Source of the DNA: Lachnospiraceae bacterium
GTDB taxonomy: Bacteria; Bacillota; Clostridia; Lachnospirales; Lachnospiraceae
Length of the DNA: 64,000 nt
Direction: 5' to 3'
Assembly: GCA_019420465.1 (NCBI GenBank)
Contig: JAHZHB010000119.1
Coordinates: 1,002-65,001, forward strand
This document shows, piece after piece, positions 47,201-56,742 of the stretch. The notes under the pieces were generated by a model. It worked only from the letters and a program-made list of their open reading frames with translations. It searched no databases and was not told the origin of the DNA. The translations under genes and the position numbers were made by a program. Position 1 is the stretch's first letter. Every line of letters starts with the position of its first letter.

Positions 47201-50200
47201 TACCTGTCCGGCAGTCTGGGTGGAAATATAGTAATCGTCGCCCTCTCTCCACCAGACAATACTGCCGCTGTTGTCTTTATCTATGCTGACCGTTTTCACA
47301 CCGGCGGGTGCTTTTTCCCAGGTAAAGGTAACCGACTTTGCCTCTTTTATGATCTGGTTTACCTTTTTTCCTTCGGACAGCATATATCTGCCGGTCTGGG
47401 AAGCTGTCGTAAGATTACCCAGAGGATCCTCTGTTTCCGGTGTGTTTTCTGTTTTTCTAAGGTCATCAAACTGATCTGTCTTATTGTCCCAGTCCAGCAC
47501 GACCTCCGTTTCTTTTTCATCCCGTACATACCCTTCGGGCGCTTTTATTTCCTTTATATAATATTTTCCGAGATAAAATCTGTCGGTGATCTGACCGTCA
47601 TCCTCTCTGCGGGTGAATCGGATATAACCACTCTCATCCGTCTGTTTCTGATCGATCAGTGCGTCTTTTTCGTGGACGGTCGTGCCGTCATCCTTCGTAA
47701 TCGTTTCCCTGGCATACAGGCCATACACAGCGCCGTCAAGCGGCTCCTTTGCCGACACAAAAGACTGGCTGTCTTTTTCATATCGTGTCAGCACCTGTCC
47801 GGTCTTTTCCACGGCGATCGCACCCATCACAGGACTGTCCGACACCGCCAGAGAAAAGGACCCATTGCCCTCCTCATCATAATCCACGCTGTCTGCATCC
47901 AGCCGGAAAGTATATGATTCCTCATTCAGCGTATAACCGTCTGCCGGATACACCTCGCGCAGCACATACTGACCGTAAGGCAGATACTGTACGGCTTTTC
48001 CATCGGCTTTTTCTTCCGTACCTTCTTTTTTGGCCGTTCCTGTGACCAGATTGGCTATAAACTCTTCCCGGTTGTCTGCACCTTCTTCTCCCGGCAGTAT
48101 ACGATACAGCTGATATCTCGCACCATTTACAGGAATACCGGTATCGGCAGATGTCTTTGTCAGCTCAAAACGGATCTCTTTTTCTTTATCCGTGACCGGT
48201 TTTGCATTCGCGGCCACCTTGGCATGTCTGTGTTCATCTGTCAGCGTCACAAATACCGGTTCACAGAGCGTATGGCGGTTGTCTCCCGACACCTGTTTCA
48301 CGGTGTAACTGCCAAAATCCACTTTTTTAAAACACAGATAACCGTTTTCGTCTGTCGTCTGCTGATCCAGCGTCTCTCCGGCAGCATTCACCAGTGCAAA
48401 TACAGCACCGCTTTCCCAGACAGGCGTACTGTCGGAAACCGTCATCTGCTTTTGCAGCGAAATATCTGCCCAGTCATCCCACAGATCTGTTGCTGTAAAC
48501 GAATATACATGTATACCGTTTTCCACGGTCTGTTCCAGATCTCTGGCATGTACGGAATCTGTCAGCAGATACCCTTCCTCACCATTGGTCTGGTACAGGA
48601 TAAACTCTTCCGGATGTGTTTCATAGATCCAGTTTTCGAGGATCTGTACTGCTTTTCCGTCGTTCCCTGTGGTCAGCACGGCAATGATCGCCTCCGGACA
48701 GTGTTTTTTCAGAGACAGTATATACTCTGTCCGCTCTTCGGCCGTCTTTTTGGCAGACAGCTCCTCCAGACTTTCCTCTACCAGTGCGGCATCCAGCAGG
48801 GTAAATTCAGCTTCCGGCTCCGGCTCTTTTTTCTTTTTTTCTTTATATTTCTGAATACGGATCTTGCTGCCACAATAGGTGTTGTCATATTCCGCATAAA
48901 CGATCGTCTTTTCCTGCTTTACCTCTATTTGCTGTGGTGTCAGAAGCGTATAGTCCGCAGCTCCTTTTACCTGTTTTACGGTATATGTACCAGTTCCCTG
49001 GCTGTCCAGATTTCCGGAATAGGCAATGCCGTTTTTATCTGTCTTTATGGTCCGCAGATAGTGGCCATCCGGTGCGTACACTTCAAATTCTGCGCCTTCT
49101 TCGGCCTCCTTTTTCACCGTACCTGTCTCAGCATCATGGATTGATTTTGTCTTTGTGAGGAAAAATCCCGTCTCATCTCTCTTGTCATCCAGGACAAGCT
49201 GTAACAGCTGCCCCTGACTGCGGATCTCTATCATCTGCGTGGGGACTTTGGCATACTGTTTTGTCGAGGCCGTCTGGCGAAGTGTGTATGTACCGTAGGG
49301 AATCTCTTTTGACAAAACAGTGCCTTTATCTGCTCCTTCTGCAGCGATCTTAAGCCGGTCCACGACCTTTCCCTGCGCATCCACCAGTTCAAAGGTATCT
49401 GTGATCGGCAGCTCTTCTTCCGTCAGTACCTCTTCAAAAGCACAGATCTCGCAGACCCATGTACAGGGTTTGCCCTCCCGGTAAGCGGCATACTGGCAAT
49501 CGGCATTATGCTCGTGCCGGCAGGCTTCCTTTTTCTCATAGCATTCCGGCGTATGGGTATGCCCCTCACTTTCCTCATGGCCACACGTAAGCTCTCCCGC
49601 TTCGTCATAACAGCTGTCATCGTGGATGTGGCCTTTTGCCTCTTCCTTTTCACAGATCAGTACCTGTGTATAACAGTCTTGTGTATGCACATGATTGCAG
49701 GCATGACCTTTCTGTTCAGCCACATAGCCGCAGGTTTCATCATGGGCTGTATGATGAGCGCAAAGTCCCGGCTCATATCCTTCACGTGGCTGCTTTTTGG
49801 TCACAAACTGTGTGGGAATGTCTTTTCCCGCAAAGGTCTTTTTGATCTTTACACGTCCATAAATCGGCTCATCATACACAGTGATCCTCTGTTCCTCCGG
49901 CATTGTATCCCCCGAAAAGGTAAGATCCAGCGCATAGCTTTTATCATCCTTACAAAAGCCCCCGGGCGGACTGATTTCCTGCAGCCTGTATCTGCCCGGC
50001 AAAAGTCCGTCTGCCACAGCCATGCCCTGACTGTCCGTACAGAGCTCTGTCACCTTGCGGCCTGCTTCATATGCCACTGTTTTATTATCTGTCCTGTAGA
50101 CAGTCTCCGCCGCATAGAGCCCATACACAGCCCCCTTCAGGGAAGCACCGGCGCCATACTCCCGCGAAGACTTTTTCTGCAGTCTGAGCTTTCTGTACAC

Positions 50201-51331
50201 CGGAGCATCATAAAATGTATAGGAAAGCACACCTGTACCGGCTTCCTCCCACTGCTCTTTGGGGTTTCTGTCCCGCATATGTCCGGATGGTGCCGTGATC
50301 TCCGCTACACGCCACTGATGCCGTTCGTTTTTTTTGCTCTCCAGAGCCGCCTGCAGACGCGGCTGCATATCGCTCTGCCAGCCAGACAGCGCACTGGCCT
50401 CACTGGAATAATAGCCTTTCTGTTTCTCCGCCTCCTGCTCTGTACGGGAAAGGGCATTCCAGTTCAGCACGTAAACATACTCTTTCGAAGGTTCCACCTC
50501 TGCTGTATATGTCTCGGTATGGGTATACTCTGCCACACCGTTTGCTGTCCGGACGGTCGCCACCTGTATACCATCCCGGTATACGGCAAACTCTGCCGTA
50601 TCCAGAAGACTGCCTGTCACACTGTCCCTTTTTTCCACATGGATCTGTGTCGTTTCCTGTATCTCTCCGGACAGGCTATCCGCAACCGAATCATACTGCA
50701 CCGTCTGCCCCGGCCGCGCACCTTCCCAGCCGATCAGATGCTGGTGCCCACTGCCTCCACCGCCTTTTCTGCAATGGTCCACCGTATAGTACCAGATATC
50801 TCCGTACACCACAGTCTCATCGATCGCCTTATAGACATCTCTGGCATAGCTGGCACTCGCTCCGCATGCAGAGGCTGCCTGCAGCATGGCCGTCTTTTTG
50901 TTTTTTCCTTCACCGGCCGCCCAGGCATAGGCCTGACACAGTGCATAGAGCTTTGTCCCGCCTTTCTGTCCGTTGACACCAAAATAATAGGTCAGTACCT
51001 TGGCAAGCGCCTGATCCTTGTAGTTTACTGCACTGATCTTTTTCCCCTTGGCCGTATCCTGATTGTGCAGAGATTTGCCCGGATTCAGACAGAATACCTT
51101 TTTCCCTCCGACACGCATCGTCCAAAGCCCCTCACCGGCCGGTCTGCTGATCTCCGGTATGCCGCATGAAGACAGTGTCTTTGACAGACGCACTGTACTG
51201 CTGCCCGCATATACTGTCATTACCATGCGATCATCTATCGCTGTGATTCCCGTATGCCCCAGACACAGCAAAAGTATCAGCAGCACACTCACCACACCAA
51301 AGATGATTCTTTTACTGACTGCTCTCACCAT
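44240..51331 (-). CDS. giant LPMTG-anchored surface adhesin / putative pilus tip protein with SpaA- and Cna-B-type repeats
   Basis: Signal peptide after ATG 51331 (GGGAGGA RBS; overlaps the sortase stop). Many GA.F.L/Y prealbumin-fold repeats and Cna-B repeats (K.W.D...RP..I.V.L). C-terminal LPMTG plus a hydrophobic helix plus RKRR. Confidence 0.85.
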   Translation of the reverse strand: MVRAVSKRIIFGVVSVLLILLLCLGHTGITAIDDRMVMTVYAGSSTVRLSKTLSSCGIPEISRPAGEGLWTMRVGGKKVFCLNPGKSLHNQDTAKGKKISAVNYKDQALAKVLTYYFGVNGQKGGTKLYALCQAYAWAAGEGKNKKTAMLQAASACGASASYARDVYKAIDETVVYGDIWYYTVDHCRKGGGGSGHQHLIGWEGARPGQTVQYDSVADSLSGEIQETTQIHVEKRDSVTGSLLDTAEFAVYRDGIQVATVRTANGVAEYTHTETYTAEVEPSKEYVYVLNWNALSRTEQEAEKQKGYYSSEASALSGWQSDMQPRLQAALESKKNERHQWRVAEITAPSGHMRDRNPKEQWEEAGTGVLSYTFYDAPVYRKLRLQKKSSREYGAGASLKGAVYGLYAAETVYRTDNKTVAYEAGRKVTELCTDSQGMAVADGLLPGRYRLQEISPPGGFCKDDKSYALDLTFSGDTMPEEQRITVYDEPIYGRVKIKKTFAGKDIPTQFVTKKQPREGYEPGLCAHHTAHDETCGYVAEQKGHACNHVHTQDCYTQVLICEKEEAKGHIHDDSCYDEAGELTCGHEESEGHTHTPECYEKKEACRHEHNADCQYAAYREGKPCTWVCEICAFEEVLTEEELPITDTFELVDAQGKVVDRLKIAAEGADKGTVLSKEIPYGTYTLRQTASTKQYAKVPTQMIEIRSQGQLLQLVLDDKRDETGFFLTKTKSIHDAETGTVKKEAEEGAEFEVYAPDGHYLRTIKTDKNGIAYSGNLDSQGTGTYTVKQVKGAADYTLLTPQQIEVKQEKTIVYAEYDNTYCGSKIRIQKYKEKKKKEPEPEAEFTLLDAALVEESLEELSAKKTAEERTEYILSLKKHCPEAIIAVLTTGNDGKAVQILENWIYETHPEEFILYQTNGEEGYLLTDSVHARDLEQTVENGIHVYSFTATDLWDDWADISLQKQMTVSDSTPVWESGAVFALVNAAGETLDQQTTDENGYLCFKKVDFGSYTVKQVSGDNRHTLCEPVFVTLTDEHRHAKVAANAKPVTDKEKEIRFELTKTSADTGIPVNGARYQLYRILPGEEGADNREEFIANLVTGTAKKEGTEEKADGKAVQYLPYGQYVLREVYPADGYTLNEESYTFRLDADSVDYDEEGNGSFSLAVSDSPVMGAIAVEKTGQVLTRYEKDSQSFVSAKEPLDGAVYGLYARETITKDDGTTVHEKDALIDQKQTDESGYIRFTRREDDGQITDRFYLGKYYIKEIKAPEGYVRDEKETEVVLDWDNKTDQFDDLRKTENTPETEDPLGNLTTASQTGRYMLSEGKKVNQIIKEAKSVTFTWEKAPAGVKTVSIDKDNSGSIVWWREGDDYYISTQTAGQVIWLHPASDHMFASCQKLEKIRFKNVDTAKVTDMSYMFYRCRLLETLDLSSFNTVNTEDMRCMFAYCAAVKRIYVNGQKLKRDPVFETDTERMVMVVPKREFAVGHRYLTDDFLYYLYYTNGKAEEIVPKEADVKIEPHIATEAGEKTVQLTFTASGPWHSLGTTETNVVVKEVTDQLKQTWQEPAILLTMTDELKKVSLQVVKADEKDAQHEMLAGAEFTLYAACDIVDRKGKLLCKKDDVIARQITGGDKFSYLEFINLPTESAKKDKNAPYMYYIRETKAPDGYEKTDRVVYCTGKAGDDTVAEWVYGWSGYADSDSKTAYTGSEDWLFTNGKKTKVQLKKEWSADSENMRPESLPVSITLPDGSRKTYTLRAKDGWMLSTDIDTGVFAGYSAAQIRAWFTEQMPEQVKKLYEETDSAWDPKTGTYTFRNRGPAKITSTVTKLWEDGEDQEGLRPKTITAELYQNDIKLCQVTLPYEGKWTYTKTELPVADPDGNIYHYTWKEADLSETAGDPKKGYLAIIRQEEDSPDTTIINYHEVDTIDLSVEKIWDDSDNAQKIRPEKISVQLLANESPVQMRLTENGYVRVKKEEKDTTDRVVLSAENQWKTTVRELPVTDEAGDIDYRWQEIPDDANWITGESTIGYVPTYSTDKTEPRNTRLTNTHQYTDGGSVLIHKKIAVNRFSTEVADPVFTFTLDGEDVYGRPYTQKKEVTFTAEDQNTADSDGYIVKTILFEKIPYGTYTVTESGMEGIYEWLECLPGENAVVEKTGQACCRVRIGPTLEEAKAPGFTVKELYQAQATFENAATRGSIQLKKYTADKKSTLSGVTFVLTDHKTKQTIQKTTDEHGEVTFPELMPGQYTVTEIKTADGQSLLKEPIEITLPCRLMPEEAKELNADTKKAVAYEGNWYFYDLVYEVTNDAILRLPMTGQKGAFFWYLCLCICGGLCLLAGIHLRKRRDNMSEKVMEKTYDRQKREDMEKQKEKE

Positions 51332-52242
51332 TTTTCCTCCCGCATCTTTCCCTTGTTTTTTCCGAAAGTCTGTTGCAGACCTCCTGTTTTGTTTTTTAAT
51401 GTTACAAAACACATACAGATCAGCAGAACAGCGGCGATGTGTCGTGTGATTTTTTCACGCTTCACAGCTGCACCTGCGCTCTTGCCCACCGTATTTTTTA
51501 CCTCTGCAGTATTTTCTTTATTTCCCATTATCTGTGTATCCTCTTTTTTCTCTGCATTTTCCGAACGTACACAGTACACCACATACCGCCATTTTCCATG
51601 ACCGCGATACGGATGACAGGTCAAAAGTGTCAGCATATCCTGCCCTTTTCTGATCTTTACCGCCTCACTATCACAGGGTGCGATACAGCATATACTTTCT
51701 ACGGTATAGGAAAGTGTCTCCCATGAGTTCTTAAGCTCCACATCATCTCCTACCTGCAGCTTTTCGATATCCCTGAAAAAAGCCATGCCGCGATAGCCTC
51801 TGTGCGCGGCGATCACACTGTTGGTATTTTCTCCGCCGACAGGCACCGACGTCTCGCCCAGAACAGCGGCCCCCTTTGCCATATGCGCCATCGAAGCCCC
51901 CAGATATACCGGCAGTACCGTATGCATCGCCGGTATATGGATATAGCAAAAAGGCATCTCCCCGTACATCTCCAGTCCGGGAACCCCTGGAACTTCGGTC
52001 ACCACCCACGGATCTGCAAACGTGGTCTGCCCGGTCTTATACAGCGACTGATTGTATCGCATGATTTCCGGATACAGCGCATCCTTTTCCTGTCCTGTAT
52101 CCGGGTGTTCCTTTTCAAAGTCTTTCATAGACTGTACCGTTTCCCGCGAAAACTGTGCCTCCCTTGCTTCGGGATACCAGAAGATCCCCATCCCCAGAAA
52201 AAGCAACATGATTCCGGTTATATATCTGATACTCTTATTCAT
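51325..52242 (-). CDS. class C sortase
   Basis: N- and C-terminal TM helices; catalytic AAHRG, TLLTCHPY and RYVVY blocks. Confidence 0.85.
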   Translation of the reverse strand: MNKSIRYITGIMLLFLGMGIFWYPEAREAQFSRETVQSMKDFEKEHPDTGQEKDALYPEIMRYNQSLYKTGQTTFADPWVVTEVPGVPGLEMYGEMPFCYIHIPAMHTVLPVYLGASMAHMAKGAAVLGETSVPVGGENTNSVIAAHRGYRGMAFFRDIEKLQVGDDVELKNSWETLSYTVESICCIAPCDSEAVKIRKGQDMLTLLTCHPYRGHGKWRYVVYCVRSENAEKKEDTQIMGNKENTAEVKNTVGKSAGAAVKREKITRHIAAVLLICMCFVTLKNKTGGLQQTFGKNKGKMREEKW

Positions 52243-53087
52243 AGTTCTGACCGTCTCCTTTTCAGATGACCGGCCAGATACCCTGCAGCTGCGGTCAGAA
52301 CACCACCCAGACCAAGTGCATACAGATATTCCCGCATCCAGCGGGAATCTGCTCTTTTCTCTGGTCTGGTACCATCCGCTGTCTGTATATCCTCTGTGCG
52401 TACACCTCTGACCAGAAGCCTCTGATTATTCACCCCATAGGGTGTACAGGTCAGAAGTGTGACCAGATCCCGGCCCTTTTCTATGGTCAGCCTCCCTGTA
52501 TCCTCCGGCCAGACGATACTGACCGCCTCGACACGGTATGTCAGCTGCTGCCCCAGAATGTCCAGATAAAACAGATCTCCCCTTTTCATCTTTTCCAGGT
52601 CCGTGAACAGTCTGGCTGTGTGCAGTCCGGTATGCCCGGTCAGTACAGCATGGGTGCTTTCCCCGCCTACCGGCACAGATGTACCTTCCAGATGCCCTGC
52701 TCCTTTTTGCAGGACATCGGCTGTCGTTCCCATATATACCGGCAGCTTCAATGCGAGCACAGGGATCTCCACATAGCCAAGCAGTGCATCTTTCATCTGT
52801 TTTCTCAACGCTTCGTAATGCGCATACCGATCCTTTTTTCCGTCGGCCATAAAAGGATCCACCAGCACTGCTGTTTCCTGTAACAGTGATGTATTGTATT
52901 GTCCGGCATAGTCTCTCATGCGTTCCATATCGGCTCTTTTTTGTTCCTTTTCTTTCGTATAGGCTGCCACTACACGGCCAGCCTGCTCTTCCTGCCAGCT
53001 ATTGCTGATCCAGGGGTACAGCATCAGAAATATCCCGGTCAGCATACACAGTCCTGCGCCTGTACATTGTGCGAGTTTTTTTCTCAT
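52239..53087 (-). CDS. class C sortase
   Basis: Catalytic LTGHTG, TLLTCTPYG and RLLVRG blocks, plus a C-terminal TM helix and a basic tail. Confidence 0.9.
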   Translation of the reverse strand: MRKKLAQCTGAGLCMLTGIFLMLYPWISNSWQEEQAGRVVAAYTKEKEQKRADMERMRDYAGQYNTSLLQETAVLVDPFMADGKKDRYAHYEALRKQMKDALLGYVEIPVLALKLPVYMGTTADVLQKGAGHLEGTSVPVGGESTHAVLTGHTGLHTARLFTDLEKMKRGDLFYLDILGQQLTYRVEAVSIVWPEDTGRLTIEKGRDLVTLLTCTPYGVNNQRLLVRGVRTEDIQTADGTRPEKRADSRWMREYLYALGLGGVLTAAAGYLAGHLKRRRSEL

Positions 53088-55300
53088 CTATTTCTCTTCT
53101 TCAGAAGCATACAGCCTGCACCTGCGATCAGAACCCCCAGAACCGTCACCAGATACAGTCCGTTTCCACCGGTCTGCGGCAGCAGAAATCCCCGGGTATT
53201 GATCACTTCCAGCTGCACAACGGCATTTAATGACGCCGGATCAGCGCTGGCTGTCGCACTGTCACAGACCATCTGTGTCTCCTGTCCATTGACTGTAGCT
53301 GTCGCACTGTGGATGTCTCCTTCATACAGCGGTGTTTTGCCAGTACTGCGGCCATTTGTCTCCTCATGTACCGGTCCGGACACCGGACTGTCACCTTCCC
53401 AGGCACTTTTTGCATCCGTTACCAGCTGGCCATCCTCATTTCGGATCCCGTCACCGTATGCCTTTACTATGGTGTCCTCTGACTTTTCCGTCAGTCCTGT
53501 CGTTCCTGCCACAGAAGCGATCACCTCACGATCCGCAGCCCTGATCGTGATATCCACCGGCTCCTTTAACAGCTGGTAGCCGTCCGCTGTTGTCACCTCT
53601 GTCAGCACATAGCTGTCTCCCTCCAGGCCATAGAGCCACAGTTTCCCGTCACTATCAGGGCAAAACAGCGTCGCCTCATCTTCCTTTTCGGTCTTTTGTT
53701 TCACATAATAAAGTCCCTTCTGTCCGGAGCCATCCGCAATGAGATAACACCGGTCGGTACTGTTATACAGGCGAAACTGCACCTTGTCTGGCAGCGGAAT
53801 ATCCTCAGGCTTTGGTGAAAAAGTTTTCTTAAGATCGATCCCGTAGGTATACACGTAGTTTCGGTCCTCCAGCGTACTGCTGTAATCGTACGATGTACGG
53901 CTCCATGTCAGCTGCACATCATTCGGATTTCCCTCATCGCCGAGCACGATCCTCGCATCCGGTGTAAGCGTTGCTGTATAAAAGACCACCATATACAGAC
54001 CACTGGCGTTTTTTCTTCCATCAAACGGACTGTCCCCGTCACCGCCATTGACCCTTTTTAAGCCTTTTTCATTCAGCTCCACTGTCATCTGTGAACGCTG
54101 TTTCCCATCTTTATCCTTCTGCACATCACCGTAGGTTACCGTATACAGCCCCGAGGACGGTGTCCATATATCCAGTGCTTTTTCCTGCAGATTGCCAGTG
54201 GCATCCCCTGCATTCTTATACCAGGCGACCCGCACATCGCGGTTATACATAAGCCCCTGACTCAGCTGATCCGTAAAGCTGTAGCGGTTCAGCCAAGTAG
54301 CCTTTGACGTGATGCGGGGCATACGGGATACCAGTGTATACTCCAGCGTATCGCCCGCAGAAGCCGTCGCGGTATCCCCGTAGGCTGCCCCGCCCTCCTG
54401 TCGCACACTTTTATCCAGGGTAGGATTTCCGGTCTGGTTCTTCGGATAGCAGACCATATCGTACAGCCACGCATCACCACCGGCATAGCCTGTCTGCTCA
54501 TCCTCCTCTCCCGACGCAGTACTGGTAAACGGCAGGGAAACAAACCAGGGATCCACCGTATCCGTCACCATCTCCGGTACTTCTGTTTCCACGACCAGAT
54601 ACAGCCCCTGTAAAAGCCCTTCAGCCTTTGTCACACCCCTGGCATCTGTCTTTGGCAGAGAAAACGCTTCCTGCCGGGCAGCGCCATCCCGATTGTCATC
54701 TGCACGGCCATACGTATACAGATAGCTTTCCAACGCATCCTTAGTCCCGGTCTCATCCTCCAGAAGCCTCTTTTGCAGCGCCTTTGACAGCTGTGTGGCC
54801 GTGTAATGTAGTGTATCCGCCGCATAGCAGTTCCATGTAAGACCCGGCTGCGTCATATCAACAGCATCCCCGCTGTCCAGTCCGAGAATTTTTCTCAGTT
54901 TCTCCGGTATCTCATATACCAGCCGGATCTCATTGTCCGCTCCATCCGTCCTGCTGTACACCTCCATACTGCCTGTACGCAGACAGGTAAACTGCACACC
55001 CTCTACGGCATAATCCGAAAGCACCGTTTCCATCCGGCCATCACTTAAGCCTGTGGCCTTTGTCTGTCCGCGATGGTATACTCCGGCAGCCTCCGCCGCT
55101 GTAATATCGTACTTATGGATCGTCAGTGAACCTTTTCTCTCCGGATCCGGCACTGTAACTTCGGCCGCTATAGATTCTTCTTTTCCCTTTTTTTCCTGCT
55201 GTGGCACCCCGGACGATGCCTTTACCGAAAACGGTAATCCCCACCATACTGCCACCAGCAGCAACAGCACAGCACAAAGACGCTGATTTTTTCTTTGCAT
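53084..55300 (-). CDS. LPXTG-anchored major (backbone) pilin, SpaA/SpaH-like
   Basis: Signal peptide, pilin motif WLYDMVCYPKN (YPKN at 54448..54437), E-box-like YVLTEVTTADGY, and LPQTG plus a TM helix plus KKRNR. Confidence 0.85.
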   Translation of the reverse strand: MQRKNQRLCAVLLLLVAVWWGLPFSVKASSGVPQQEKKGKEESIAAEVTVPDPERKGSLTIHKYDITAAEAAGVYHRGQTKATGLSDGRMETVLSDYAVEGVQFTCLRTGSMEVYSRTDGADNEIRLVYEIPEKLRKILGLDSGDAVDMTQPGLTWNCYAADTLHYTATQLSKALQKRLLEDETGTKDALESYLYTYGRADDNRDGAARQEAFSLPKTDARGVTKAEGLLQGLYLVVETEVPEMVTDTVDPWFVSLPFTSTASGEEDEQTGYAGGDAWLYDMVCYPKNQTGNPTLDKSVRQEGGAAYGDTATASAGDTLEYTLVSRMPRITSKATWLNRYSFTDQLSQGLMYNRDVRVAWYKNAGDATGNLQEKALDIWTPSSGLYTVTYGDVQKDKDGKQRSQMTVELNEKGLKRVNGGDGDSPFDGRKNASGLYMVVFYTATLTPDARIVLGDEGNPNDVQLTWSRTSYDYSSTLEDRNYVYTYGIDLKKTFSPKPEDIPLPDKVQFRLYNSTDRCYLIADGSGQKGLYYVKQKTEKEDEATLFCPDSDGKLWLYGLEGDSYVLTEVTTADGYQLLKEPVDITIRAADREVIASVAGTTGLTEKSEDTIVKAYGDGIRNEDGQLVTDAKSAWEGDSPVSGPVHEETNGRSTGKTPLYEGDIHSATATVNGQETQMVCDSATASADPASLNAVVQLEVINTRGFLLPQTGGNGLYLVTVLGVLIAGAGCMLLKKRNR

Positions 55301-55539
55301 AAAACTGTCTCCTTATTCTGTTATCGTTTTGTCTTGGAACATATCTCAGAACTGAGATGTACAGAAATGTCGCCCTTTGGCGTCTATATTTATAGTAGCA
55401 TATCCTTTATGCTGTGTAAAGACAAAAATACAAAATAATTTCAGATGAAATTTTATGTTACTTACTGGTAGTACCTCTGGTTTCCTGCTGCTATGTATGT
55501 AAAGCAATATTGGAAATGATACTGGATTGTCCTCATTTC

Positions 55540-55586
55540 AAAAAAGCTGCCACAAATCCATTCCCTCCAGATGGATTTGTGGCAGC
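55540..55586 (-). terminator. intrinsic terminator after asnA
   Basis: A 16-bp stem GCTGCCACAAATCCAT/ATGGATTTGTGGCAGC is followed by T6 on the minus strand. Confidence 0.75.
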
Positions 55587-55651
55587 TCCTGCTTTTTATT
55601 CATTTTCAAATAACTATAGTATATATTCAGAACGTTGATACAGTCAGATGG

Positions 55652-56662
55652 TTACAAAAGCTTAATCCCTGCAGCCTCCATCTCTTTCATCGTCTCCTCC
55701 GGCCACATCGAAGCCTGCACTTCGCCGATATGCGCCTTTCGGAGGTAGAACATACAGATACGGGACTGGCCGATACCGCCGCCTACGGTGTAGGGCAGCT
55801 GTTTCTCGAGTATCGCTTTCTGGAACGGCAGCTCTGCTCTCTCCGGGCAGCCGGCTTTTTCCAGCTGTTCACGCAGACTGTCTTCGTCCACACGGATACC
55901 CATCGAAGACAGCTCCAACGCGATATCCAGTACCGGATAGTACACGATGATATCTCCGTTTAATTTCCAGTCATCGTAGTCCGGTGCACGACCGTCATGC
56001 TTCTGTCCGGAGGCCAGCTTGTCTCCGATCTGCATGATAAATACAGCGCCTTTGAGCTTTGCGATGCGGTACTCTCGCTCCTTTGGCGTACAGTCCGGAT
56101 ACATGTCTTCGAGCTCCTGCGTCGTGATAAAGGAAATCTCTGTCGGCAGGATCTCCTCGATATAATCATACTGCAGAGACATATATGTCTCCGTAGCCTT
56201 CAGTGCCTTGTAGACATTGCGCACAACAGACTGCAAATACTCCACTGTACGCTCTTCTTTGGTGATGATCTTTTCCCAGTCCCACTGATCGACGTAGATC
56301 GAATGGATATTGTCGGTCTCTTCATCACGACGGATCGCATTCATATCCGTGTATAAGCCTCTGCCATGGGCAAAGCCGTATTTCTTTAACGCGTAGCGTT
56401 TCCATTTGGCCAGAGAATGTACGATCTCCGCCTCGGCACCGTCCTGCTCCTTGATATCAAAGCTGACCGGACGTTCCACACCGTTTAAGTTGTCATTGAG
56501 TCCGGAATGCGGATCGACAAAAAGCGGTGCCGTCACACGCAAAAGCTTCAGTCTGGTCGTCAGTGCCTGCTGAAAATAGTCCTTTACCATCTTGATCGCT
56601 ACCTGGGTATCGTACAGATCCAGCGCGGAGGTATAGTTTTCAGGTAATATCAGTTTACTCAT
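55652..56662 (-). CDS. asnA: aspartate--ammonia ligase
   Basis: 336 aa from ATG 56662, AsnA-like throughout (class II aaRS-like fold; GGGIGQSR motif). Confidence 0.9.
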   Translation of the reverse strand: MSKLILPENYTSALDLYDTQVAIKMVKDYFQQALTTRLKLLRVTAPLFVDPHSGLNDNLNGVERPVSFDIKEQDGAEAEIVHSLAKWKRYALKKYGFAHGRGLYTDMNAIRRDEETDNIHSIYVDQWDWEKIITKEERTVEYLQSVVRNVYKALKATETYMSLQYDYIEEILPTEISFITTQELEDMYPDCTPKEREYRIAKLKGAVFIMQIGDKLASGQKHDGRAPDYDDWKLNGDIIVYYPVLDIALELSSMGIRVDEDSLREQLEKAGCPERAELPFQKAILEKQLPYTVGGGIGQSRICMFYLRKAHIGEVQASMWPEETMKEMEAAGIKLL

Positions 56663-56742
56663 CTTTTTCCCCTGCTTTATATTTACTTTGCGGCCTGATA
56701 TGGCAAGTCTTATTTTATCAGGCAGCATATTTTAAAAACTGA

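Noticed and set aside
49508-51169. 553-aa plus-strand ORF, plus 44585..45676, 47174..47917 and 48224..49144
   Set aside because: All are antisense to the giant adhesin gene, whose own frame carries the signal peptide, repeats and sorting signal. The antisense products have junk-like composition.
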